Shown: piece after piece, positions 13,183 through 24,800 of the stretch
Layout: each line of letters begins with the position of its first letter
How positions within the stretch are numbered: the stretch's first letter is position 1
DNA from: Pocillopora damicornis
Taxonomy: Eukaryota
DNA: 64,000 nt
Assembly: GCF_003704095.1 (NCBI RefSeq)
Contig: NW_020846747.1
Span: 682,001-746,000 of the forward strand
Direction: 5' to 3'
Translations under genes and position numbers: made by a program
Notes under the pieces: generated by a model
What the model was told of the DNA's origin: nothing
What the model saw: the letters and a program-made list of their open reading frames with translations, nothing else
The model's database searches: none

Positions 13183-13192
13183 CACTTCCGGG
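13183..13192 (+). promoter_or_regulatory. ETS-type motif at the presumptive promoter of the Mab-21 locus
   Basis: CACTTCCGGG about 75 nt upstream of ATG 13262, in a CpG-retaining segment. Confidence 0.3.
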
Positions 13193-13261
13193 TTCTGTGG
13201 TCAATTCAGAGAGCAAGTACAAAACATCGTAAATTTACCATCTTTCGATGTGGGTTTCATC

Positions 13262-13323
13262 ATGATCCTTACAGTAATTTGTAGCCTTGTTTTTGCTTCC
13301 CTGATAGTCGCCTTTGTATTCAG
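13262..13323 (+). CDS. First coding exon of the Mab-21/cGLR locus: 20-aa hydrophobic signal/anchor peptide
   Basis: ATG 13262 gives MILTVICSLVFASLIVAFVF plus AG, followed by consensus donor CAG|GTAAGA (phase 2). Too short for the ORF track. Confidence 0.8.
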
Positions 13324-13569
13324 GTAAGAATTTCTTTTGTACCACTTGACGGGATCTCTGGGTTTCTACTGTTCACAGCCCAAGTGTTTCACGTGATCTT
13401 CGATACTTGGAAATGTTTTCATAAGATAAAATCGACATTTAAATAATCTAAAATAAAAAAGTTTATTTCTGTTATGACCTTATTAGTATCTTCCCTCCGC
13501 GATCTGTGTAAAACAAAATCGAAATTGAACAATTATAAATGTAGCTTGATATGTCGTGTACATCTTCAG

Positions 13570-14917
13570 GTTTACACAGAATGGAAAGCCTTGGGAAATA
13601 CTCAGTTTCTTTCAGATTTCTAACACTCTACATCTTGAAGCAGCAGTAAGACAGTATGACGACTTCTTTCTCCTTGTTCCTCTGCAACATCGAACTATTC
13701 TGAGGGCTGTTAAATCGTTTGGCAAGGAAACAGACAACTGTGTGTTGATTGGAAGTGCATTTGAGGGATGTTTCCTTCCAAAGAAGATAAACGGTAGATT
13801 GGAAATTGCAGTTGAATGTGATTTTTTCGTTCAGCTTGCAACGCCCAAAGCTAAAGAATCAACAGGAACTTTTCAGTATACCCAGGTTGATGGGAAAACC
13901 CACCAAGTGCTCGTTAAGATGTCAGACCCATCAGTTATTGAGTGGGAACATATGGGCATCGATCAAACAGCTAGTTATCTGAGACATTGCAGTGATGGTT
14001 TTTATATCAAAAGAAATTTTATGCAAGCAATGGAAGGTAAAATTTGGAATTCACTTAGTAAGGTTTATGCAAAAAAGCCTGGTGGCATGGAAATTGTTCA
14101 CAGGTCTGAAACAAGGCAAGATGTGGAACTTTCTGCATCACTTGATGTGACATTTTTCAAGAAAATTTGTGATCATCTGGATATGTTGCCATTAGATCCA
14201 AATACCTGGTCAGGAAATGCAATGACAACTGCACAAATGTTGTGGGTGAATCTCATCAACTGGAGTTCATCCTTCTGGCCAGCTCGCATTTTTAAAGTTC
14301 ATGTGGTGTTGGAATGTAGCTGGCCTGCTGTTGCAATGGAGAACTGGCTTCAAAGGAAGAGACAATGGCCCACTATGAAATCTGTACAAGAGATTGCATT
14401 GACTCCTTGTTACCTACACCCCTTGTGGGATGAAACAGGACCTGCAATAGACGAAGAGGTGATGGCATTTCAGATAACTTTTGGTAGAGCAGAATTTTTG
14501 TTATTCTCTGAAACTGGGCCTAAAGAAAGACAATGTATTGTCATTCTAAAAGCTCTAAAGGAAAAATACTTTCATGACTCAAAAGTCTTCACATCTCATT
14601 CTATCAAAATGGTGTTTTTCTGGCATTTAGAATCAACACCTCTGGCAGAAAGACAGGAAATGGGAAGAGGTGAATTACTCATGCACCTTCTGGACAAATT
14701 AACTGCATTCCTGGAGAGCAATAATTTGCCTCACTTTTTTAATCCACATGCTAATCTGTTGGAAGGTTTGAATGCATGTGACATAAGTTCTACACTTAAG
14801 GAATTGAAAAGGGTTCAAAGAAACCTTTTAGATTATTTGACCTCTGAACTCTTTCAAGAGGAGTGGTTGAGAGCTAATGGTGATGATTTAGTTAAAAAAG
14901 TCTTGCAGTTTGTTTAA
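13570..14917 (+). CDS. Mab-21/cGAS-like nucleotidyltransferase-fold protein, terminal exon A
   Basis: Acceptor catcttcAG|G. Motifs LIGSAFEG...VECDFF, WPAVAMENWLQRKRQWP, FQITFGRAE, SHSIKMVFFW, LPHFFNP. Third acidic catalytic residue apparently absent (RIFKVHVVLEC). Confidence 0.9.
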
Positions 14918-16193
14918 CTATTTTATTCCCAAAAGTGAATTTCTCCTTATAACATTGACATATTTTTAAGCAAAAATGATGATGAAAAGTGAAAAAATTA
15001 TTAAAAAAGAAGACATTGTTTGATTTATACCAAATTCTCAGGTCCAAAATTGTAAGAAAACTGAGGCCAAGAGTATGGAGAATTTATTCTTTGACCTTGG
15101 AAGTGAAGAGGTTGAGAGAAAAGGATGTTTCATGTACATGAAATGTATTTTCCTGAAGACTACTGTAGAAATCTCTCAGCCATGTTCTCAATGACTATTT
15201 TTACACAATTTAGTCAACTTGAGGGTGTAATTGAATGGTTCCATAGTAAATAGTGTTAAAGCAAGTATTAATTTGTTAAGTTTACAAGTGTGAAAATAAA
15301 ATATTTGGTTAAATTTAGCCTTCACATTGAAGTCTCACCAACCCAAAGATTTTCAATAATGCACTAGTGTAAGTCTGTTCAGGTGTTCAAAACATTAGTT
15401 ACTGTCAACCAGTCCTGTCTTGATCTCATTAAACAGTTGACTGTGGCTGACACTCGTGTTCTTGGACAAGACTTTTTACTCTCTCCACTTGAAGTGTAGA
15501 CTGGCTTTAGAGAGCTATCAAGGAAATCCTCAAATAAGGCCTGGAGGTTATATGTGATGGATCAGCTTCCCATCCACGCAAAGCTTGTTCCAAGTGTTTG
15601 GTTAGTGAAACAGAGGGCCCTGCTAATTAGTGCAATAATATCACCAGCAAGCAGAAAGGATTTGGGATGGGTCAGGATGCAACCCAACTTCCATTTTTTC
15701 TTTAATCTGACCCAGGCCTCCCTCACATTTTGCCACATGATCACCATCTAGCCATTTACTGGTGCACCCCATTTCCAAACCAAACACCTACTTTGAGCAT
15801 GTCCAGCAATAGCTGGCTTTTAAAGGCTACTTGGCTGAAAGATTTTACCAAGGGACAGGTATTCATTTGGGGCTAGGAAGAAAGGGTAATGCATGGGCCA
15901 ATGGCCAGCAAGATCTTCTACAATAGAACCCTGCCAAATCAACTCAGTCAATTCGAATTCCCAGGGAATTCAGATAAGACCCCATTTCCTTTGACAAATT
16001 TTCTCTGGCATTTACTATCAGCTAACTCAAATCTCTGCTTATTCAAAGGATTTTAGTTTCCTTTGGCAGTTCGAGTTAGTGAGCTTCTTCTGTATTAACT
16101 TCATCATTCATTTCTGTGTTAATTTGCATGGGAGGAGCCTTCTCATTGGCTAATGTTATGTGAAGAAAAGCTAATATTCTTCTTACTTTTCAG

Positions 16194-17535
16194 GTTTCTT
16201 ACAAAGGCTAAGACACTTCAACTTCAACAGCTAGAGATTGAAAGAGCCCTTTTCAAGTATGAGAATTTCCTATTTCTCAATATGGCTCAGCACAAAGTAA
16301 TTTTTGAAGCAATAATGGAACGGATATCAAGCCAACTACACAAAACTGTTTTGCCTGTGGGAAGCATGTTTGAGGGCTGTCATATTGCCAAGTGTACAGA
16401 TGATGGAAGAATTATACAGGAGATGGATTTCATGCTTATCTTGCCAGATGTCATTGCCACTGAAGGGGACAGTGAACCACTGAAATGTGTTTCAGTGGAA
16501 GGACCTAATCCAGGTTATGTCAATTTGAAAGTGTTAGATGCTACTCGCATCTCAATACAAGATACACCAGCACTAAAAGATCTGGTGGATCCATTCACAA
16601 TGCTTTATGAAATACATAATGAAGAACTGTTCCTTTCCCACAAATTTGTCAAGATGTTTGAGCGACGAGTGGAGTATGCAGTGATGCATGTGATGGGAAC
16701 AAAATTCAACCCCTCCCTAGGCCTTGAGCTTGGAATGAAACGTAAAAATGTGGAGGATTTTTATCCAGTTATGACCATTTTCCTTAAAGAGCCCATCAAC
16801 ATGTTGATTTGGCCTGACTCTGATGCTTGGCCAGACACAGCAGTAGGAGCACTTTTTGACACACTGTCAGCCATCCAAGGATCGCAGAATGGCAGCTCTT
16901 GGGAAAATCAGATTATTGACATAGCTCCTGCTATACTCTGTCAAGTTCCTGCAGATATCAAAGATGCATGGCTGAGAAGAAGAAGATGCTGGCCTGATCA
17001 AAGACTAGTGGAGACAGTCTCCAGTCTTCAGAGTTACTTGCTTGCAAAGCCTCATCCTCATACCACAAATAAGCTGTTGGAGTGGCGATTCAGCTTCAGC
17101 TCAGCTGAGCTGCTTCTCAGTTCTGCTATGGTGCCATGGCAGAAGCAAGTGCTCATGGTAGTTAAGGCTTTACGAAGGAAATACTTGCAAGAACCAAAGC
17201 TTGTTGCTTCCTATCACTTGAAAACTGTTATGTTTTGGGTTCTGGAGTCGATGCCCAAGCAAACAAGAGAATCTTGTGGTCGAGGTGCTTTGTTGCTAAG
17301 CCTTATCGATAAACTTTTGTCGTGTCTGAAAGCCAAAAATTTACCTCATTTTTTCATTCCAGAAAATAATATGTTTAGTCACTATGAAGATGTAGACATC
17401 CTCACAGTTCTTTCCAAAGTTCAAAGCATGAGAGAAAATTTGCCAATATATCTGACAGAAGACTTATTCACAGCTGCTGTTACTGAGGAAAGAGAAGAGA
17501 AGGAATTTGAAGACACTTACTGGGGAACTATTTAG
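16194..17535 (+). CDS. Mab-21/cGAS-like receptor (cGLR) protein, terminal exon B
   Basis: Branch-point-like CTAAT at 16171 and acceptor cttacttttcAG|G. Motifs PVGSMFEG...QEMDFM, IIDIAPAI, WLRRRRCWP, EWRFSFSSAE, SYHLKTVMFW, LPHFFIPENNMF. Confidence 0.92.
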
Positions 17536-18056
17536 CAATTTAACCCCTAAGAGTGAGTGGCTTCTAATTTCTCTTTAAAGTATCACCCTAAATCTACAAA
17601 CTTGCTTCAGAAGTTAGACATAAACTTGCCTGTTTGCTTGTATGCAAGTCAAATGTGCCCAGATACCTACATGATGATATACTAAGATAATTTTGCGATT
17701 CAAAAATGCAGTGCAGTGGTTAATAACCATTGGTTCTATTCAAGTCTTATGACTTACATGCTGAACAAATTTCTCAGTCTAGGAGACACTAATATGTAAC
17801 CTGCCTGTATCCCATCAGGACCTCTCCATTATCCATGTCTAGATTCATTTAAATAAGATAAACATTTATGTTAAATAGTTCAGTTATGTCCAAAAATGAG
17901 GCAGTAATGAAAATGGAATATTTGACAAAAATTTTGTTAAACTGAGTGACTGTTCAAGGATTTTATGATTTTGGCAAATTTTAGTCAAATTCATCAAGCG
18001 AAATTATATCTTCCATAAGCAAATTCAGATCTGTTTTCTAGCGGTTACTTTTTGTT

Positions 18057-18650
18057 TCATGTAAGGGAAACGGAATGTCCTAGACTTGACAAGAAATCCT
18101 TTAGTTGAGGAGTTGCACCAGTGGCTGATTTTTTTCGATCATCTGCTCGTAGAAGATCTTTTAGCGTAGAATTGTGACTTCTTCTCCGGGAACTCGCTGA
18201 TTTTGATGAAACAGGAGTGTTCTGTTCATTTGTGCTATTGTTGTGCAAATTCTGCGGCGCAGAGAACGAAATTTTCTTTTCAAGTGTGGATTTTTTGTCG
18301 TCTCCTGCGCGTCCAGGATAAAATGAATGCTTTCCACACGTCTTGCAAAATACCCCGACATGGTTTAGTCTTCGGTGAAGTTTAAGTATTTCCTTATTAG
18401 AGCGACATTTTTTGTCGTCAAGTCTCTTTTTCTTTCCACGCTTAGGGTGCAATCTCACGCGACAATTATCAGCGCTAAATACCATGTGGCAATGCTTACA
18501 ATACTTCAACTTGAAATTATCCAGTGAAGCGTCACCATTTTCTTCAGTAGAGCGAATCTCGTTCACGTAGAATTGAGACAACTGTGGGTTTTCCTTTGCG
18601 CAATTCACGGCCAGATTCCACAAATGGTTCAGACGCGCTTTATCCGCCAT
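18057..18650 (-). CDS. C18orf21: C18orf21/RMP24 (UPF0711)-like zinc-binding RNase MRP subunit, Rpp21/Snm1 superfamily; intronless
   Basis: Two CxxC pairs (CKHC, CKTC), DNCRVRLHPK and C-terminal LKDLL...LKDFLSSL resemble human C18orf21 (DNSRVRLKPK; LKMLL...FRNFLSSL) better than RPP21. Confidence 0.7.
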   Translation of the reverse strand: MADKARLNHLWNLAVNCAKENPQLSQFYVNEIRSTEENGDASLDNFKLKYCKHCHMVFSADNCRVRLHPKRGKKKRLDDKKCRSNKEILKLHRRLNHVGVFCKTCGKHSFYPGRAGDDKKSTLEKKISFSAPQNLHNNSTNEQNTPVSSKSASSRRRSHNSTLKDLLRADDRKKSATGATPQLKDFLSSLGHSVSLT

Positions 18651-18825
18651 CGTGCCTTTCTCTCTCTAGAGGCATGAATATTTCCGCATATAGACGAAGG
18701 GTTACTCGGAGTAGGTTCGGACTACGGATAATGGTTCGGACACTGCTCGGAGAAAGCTGCGGCAATGCGCCGCTGACTAAGAAGCATGCGCTAATTTGCG
18801 CAAACCGCGGGAATCGAAGTGGAAA
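18651..18825. promoter_or_regulatory. Bidirectional promoter between C18orf21-like and GMPS
   Basis: Divergent ATGs separated by 175 bp of CpG-rich sequence. Confidence 0.7.
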
Positions 18826-21800
18826 ATGGCGTCGAACCTCAGCAAAGTTGCTGGAATGGGTTCGTGTATTAACGGTCACGTTGTTCAAAACGATAGCGCG
18901 ATGTCGGAAGCACAAATGGGACAAGAGAGAGTAGCCATTCTAGATGCTGGGGCGCAATATGGAAAGGTGAAATTACCCTTTCACTTTGTTTAAAACGTAA
19001 TGAAAAATATACAAGTAAGCCAAAAGTAATCGTAATGTTTTTTTTTTTCATGTAGATTTCATAAACAATTTAAATGTAAGTTGCATCGCAAGAAATGGGT
19101 CGGTGCTTACGATAATTTTATCTGGTTTTCGTAGAAGCACGATAATGAAAGAGAAATAAATGTGCAGTAGACAAGACTTTGAAATCTGATATGTTAAACC
19201 AAAGCATTTTTTTTTCTTTTAAAAGAGGATGCAGTTAGATCTAAGTGACCTTCTCGTGCTATCGGTCTTATATCTCCTCCAGATGTAATAATGGTTTTTC
19301 GACTAAAAACGATCCTAAATTTGAGGTCTCGAGAAAATTGGTCCCACGAGGGTGAAATTTTGTAAAAACGTGATAAAAAAACAGGCTGCTTTCGGTCAGT
19401 CGTGATAATTGATTTTCTGTTTCGAAATGTACAGTGCAGATTAGCAAGGTCGGATTGGTTATTGGGTCTTAATAATTGTCTGCTGGTTACTCAACTTCCA
19501 GTACAAGTTCTGTGCCTCAAAAATATTGGAAATAACTCCAACATCAGAAGTTGATGTTTGATTTGCATGTTACAATGGGCATGTAAAGTACTGCTTAGAT
19601 GTACGTTAACCATAAAACTCACGCAAAACATGCATAAATTTGCATGTAGGTATGCACAAATAAAAACGTGCCCTTCTAAATTTCGCATATATGCATGTAA
19701 GCTTGACACATTTGTCTCATTGGTATGTGTAAGCTAGCTTTGTGTTTTTCCATTGTTGAAAGTAAATTGTTCTAAAGGATAGGCTAATAGCATGAAAACA
19801 CTACATGACTACGAGCTACAAGTAGACTTGTTCATTTCAATCACTGCTCGAAACAACCTTCCAGATAGGGTCTTACTAAACCAAGGATCAGCAGACTGCA
19901 GAACCTCTGGAGCTGGCAGAACCTGCGGAACCATTAATTTTTTGTAAGAAAAAAATGATGAAATAAAATAAAAACTAAAAGTACCGTAACTGGTTAAAAT
20001 TTGTTTTTCGGGTATAAAGGAGATCACTGATGTATACAGTGCCCTACTAGGGCTCAAATCAGTTGGTGATAGCCAATCACATTTAAAAATTTTGTTATAG
20101 CTGATTATGATGATGATAATATTTCAATGATGATGATGATGATATAGCAGTTTTTAGTTGTCAAAAGTTATCTAGGCTAGATTTTCCCCTCTTTATCTGA
20201 ATATTTCCATGCTCACCATCAAGGGTTCTATGTACTGATCATTTTTAATTGTGCTGAAATATTTTCTTCAATAGATCATAGATCGCAGGGTCCGTGAACT
20301 ATGCGTGGAGTCAGAGATGCTCCCCTTGGACACATCTATATACACTATAAGAGAAAAAGGTTTTAGGTAAGAGAATAATGTAAACTTCAGTTATGATAAA
20401 AGCTCTACTATAGACACAGACATTTTCAAAATAATTCAGTTTCCTGGCTGTGCATGCATATCATTGATGTTGAAAGTGGTTGGTATTTGCCTCCACTTTG
20501 GTGAATGATCATTTGAGGGGCCTTTTTTACAGTGGAGTTATGTGATTTCTGTAGCATACCTTTTCCTCTTAACTCATCAATTTAATTTTTTGGTATCTCA
20601 GGGCTATTATCATCTCTGGAGGTCCAAATAGTGTTTATGCTGAGGATGCTCCTAAATACGATCCAGCTATATTTACCATTGGAATTCCTGTCTTAGGGAT
20701 TTGTTACGGAATGCAGGTAAAGCAGTGATGTCAAAAAGGTTCTGTAGGCATTATCAACCAAGCATTTCTTCAGATGTACGCTAAGCTCTGTAGGAATCCA
20801 TTAATCCTTCTCACCTGAAAATCAGTATGCATATTCTGGATAATGTTCTCTATACATTTCCTAAGGTGTTGACAAAGAGAATTTGTTGAAAAACCAAGAT
20901 CTTCTGTAACTGGTGATCCTTTCCTTTATTCTCATGACCTTAATGGTTGATTCAGGGTTGATACTGTTAGGAGAAATTAGAAGACAATCACTCTTAAGGG
21001 TTGAAACACAAGAAAGAACAAGACTTATAGTTGGGAACTACCTTGACCAAGTAAGCTTGGTCAATAACGGCTTCATGACATCAGTAAAAATACCAATAAA
21101 CCTTTTTTTCTTTTGTCTGGTAACAAAGATGTTGAACAAAGAGTTTGGTGGGACTGTGATGAAGAAAGATATCAGGGAAGACGGACAATTTAACATCAAT
21201 GTAGAAACATCCTCAGCACTTTTCAGGTTGGTAAAGGTTTATGTTTATTAAAAGAAGCATGTGCTGGACCAAGTCCATGGATAAAGTGCCTTTTAGAAGT
21301 TTATGTGTATTCCGAAGGAAGCAACACTTACTCTGACTAGGCAATCCAATGTTAGATTAGCAGACTCAACCCCAGTTCTTTTTGTTTTGGTCTAAAAAGT
21401 CTGATTTGTTGTTTTTTTCTTTGTATAGCTGCAAAAAAGTTGTTGCTAGAGACCAATTTATGATTTTGGGCACCAGACTGCAACTTTTAAAATTGCTGAG
21501 TTTTTAGCACTGATGAACTTTTTTTCCTTTCTCAGTTGTGGCCAGGGTCCTGTGCTATTTCCCATTTAAAAATGCCTTGTCCCCTCTACTCGCTTAGTCG
21601 CTCTGTCACCATTCACTTGCCTCTCATCTCACTGCTTCTCTGCAGCAGATTTTTTATCCCTCATGCACATACCCACACAGGGAAGTTTCACTCTCCTAAT
21701 GGGTCACTCGAGCCAGCAACACACTTGATGATTTTTATACATCAATTGTGGTGAACATAAAAATTGCAAGGTGTGCCCAGTGCAGAGGTGGTGATTCTCA

Positions 21801-24800
21801 TCAATCAGCATAACCTGCATTTAAAATCCCTGATATCTGGCATGTCAGATACTGGAGATTTCAGCTAGCTATTAAATTTGCCTTGATTGCAGAATAAAAA
21901 TCATCAAGTGTGATGCTAGCCCAAGGATATGATATCAACAAAATTTTTTATTCATGAATGCACTCTTTGCATGGAGAGTACTTTCCAGTGTTAATATTCA
22001 TCTCTTTTGATTCATCTAGAGGACTACAGTCAGAGCAAGAAGTTCTGTTGACGCATGGAGATTCAATCGACCGTGTTGCAAGTAGCTTGAAAGTAATTGC
22101 TAAGTCTGGTGACATTGTTGCAGGTAATGTTAAAGGACGCATTTTGCTTCTTTTACTCTTTACACCCTAACATCAGTATGCATATTCTCCACACTGTTCT
22201 CTATACATTTCCTAAGGTGCCGACAAGGAGAATTTGTTTAACAATCAAGAGCTTTTTTTGCAGGTGATCCATTCCTTTCTTCTCCTGACCTTAGTGTTTG
22301 ATTCAGGGGTGATATGGTAAAGAGAAATTAGATACTAGTCACTCTTATGGGTTAAAGGGTTAAAAATCTCATTGTGGTGACTCAGTATATCCTTATAAGT
22401 GGTCATCCCCTCTCAACACAGTGTTTATGTTCTAGAACAAAGGATCACTTGATGAGAAGAGCAAATTTTCTCCTAATAGTTCTTTTGTTATTATTATCTT
22501 CTGTAATTTCCAGAGTGAACTTTTTAATAAGCATCTTTCTCCTTTGATAAGGTGTCGAGGATGAGTCACGAAAGTTGTATGGGGTCCAGTTTCATCCAGA
22601 AGTTGATCTCACAGAAAATGGTGTTGTCATGTTAAGAAATTTCCTTTACGGGGTAAATATTCAATGTCTAAATTTGTATTTTTTTTATCTAGGTCTAGCT
22701 AGTTATAAGGCTGTTTGGTCGCATTTCCTTTGATGAGATGATAGTGTAAAAGAAAACCTTTCCATGGTCACTTTTTTGTTGGAAAATGATCTAATATTAA
22801 CCTATTAACTCCCAGAAGTGATTAACATGTGACATCTCCCTATAATATCCATACATTATCCACAAAATAGGTATTGAGAATATTCAAACTTATCAGTTAG
22901 AGGTTGTTTTCTGGATCTAACAGCAAATTCTTACTACTAATTCAAAAGGAAATGTACAGCAGCTTGAGGAGAAAATTAACAATCAGACTTTGGGATTAAA
23001 AGAGTTTAATTGCAATTTTTTCATTTTCCTCAACTGTTACTAGGTTGCGGGATGTTGTGGAACATACACTGTGATAAGTCGAGTAGACACCTGTATTCAG
23101 CAAATCAAGAAGAGTGTTGGTAACATGAATGTTTTGGTAAGTAGGCATGAGTACTTAACCTTTGTCTTACTTGTATGCAAATCAGAATTAGGCATTTGAA
23201 CCAGAGAATTGATTGCCAGTAGAACTAGTCCAATTTAAGACTGTAATCTTTGGCTTCTTATTGATTTCTCCTTGGAGTGTTCATGTTACATTCTCAACCA
23301 ATTAATTAATTTTTTAAATTTAGATTGATTGATTTTATTTGAATGTTTGTTTGTTTTTTTCAGGCATTGGTGAGTGGAGGGGTAGATTCAACAGTCTGTG
23401 CAGCTCTGCTTCACAAGGTAATTTTGCTTTTTGCTTATTTATTATATAAAACAAGATGATTCTATATTTGCAGTGGGTCTGAAAAGTAATAGAACACCAG
23501 GATGTCAAAAATGCGGTGAAAACATCAGTGACGCACTCAGCTGTGCCTTGTGTGCTGCTTCTTAATTCTTACCACATTTTATAGTCATTTTTAACCTGTC
23601 ACTTAACAGGCCCATGCAACATAGAATCTTTTTTTTTTTTAATCCTTAAAATCCCAAAATCTGGGCCCAGTTGTTCAAAGGTGGATTAGCACTAACCCAA
23701 GGTTGAACTGTGATCCAGCTGTTTTTTTTTTTTTTTTGTTATTGAGTTTTGTTTCCGTTTTTGCGATTATTCGTTCTATTCTTTTAAGAACAACCAATCA
23801 TCAAATTGTCGACAAAAAGAATCATACTAAATTTTCCTTGAAAGCCTTCAAATATGAAATCAGATTTCAATGTCATCTTAACCCAACTTTGAGCAACCTA
23901 GCCCTGTTTGTTAATTATCCCCTGTAACTGCTACAGACTTTAAGATCATAACTTCTAGCCAATAAGTTTGAGCATTCTCATTACCTGTTTGCTGGATAAT
24001 GTGTGGATATTTCAGGAAGAAGTTAGAGGTTGACATTTCTGAGAGTTAAAGGGTTAATCAAATGTAGAGAGCATCCTCCTGTTACTCTACACTTTCTAAC
24101 TGGTGCTACACTTTTTAGTGAAAACCCTAGTAAATTACAGTGTATTGCAGGCCCTTCGCCCTGAGCAAGTTGTGGCAGTACATATTGACAATGGATTTAT
24201 GAGGAAGAATGAGAGTCAGGAAGTAGAGGAATCTCTTAAACGATTAGGGCTTAGATTGAAAGGTAACTTTGGTTTATATTGCTGGCAGATGCCATGATCA
24301 GTGCGCAGGACCCCAGGTTGAGAGGTCTGGGTTTAAGACCTGTCCAGGTCATTGCATTGTGTTCTTAGGCACCCAGGAGTAAAAATGGGTACAGCGAATA
24401 GTCAGGGAAGCCTGATGAAATGCAGGGGGGTAACCTTGCATAGGACTGGCATCCCATTCAGGGAGGAGTGGTAATACTCCTATTCACTTCATGCTAAGGA
24501 AACTGTGCTTGGGAGGGCCACTTGGCTCAAGAGCAAACTTAACCTTACCTTTTAGTTGCTATTGAGTGAAACTGCAACAGTATAATAATTATAAATTTGA
24601 TTCAGTATTACCTCCATGGCACAAGTCTCTTCCACTTGTGGGGTTGGTTTTTGAGGTGCTGTCTTTTGTTGCACAACATAAAAACTGGAGAACTTAGCTG
24701 AAACTTCTAGAGCAAAGTCAAGAGCCACTCTCAGGGCCAACCCACATTTAATGTAAATTTTAGGAAATGAATATTTGTGGCAATACACTGTGTAGCATGA

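Noticed and set aside
15799-15860. Private first exon for Mab-21 exon B (ATG TCC AGC...CAG|GTATTC)
   Set aside because: Ends in phase 0 whereas exon B needs phase 2, and there is no promoter-like context.
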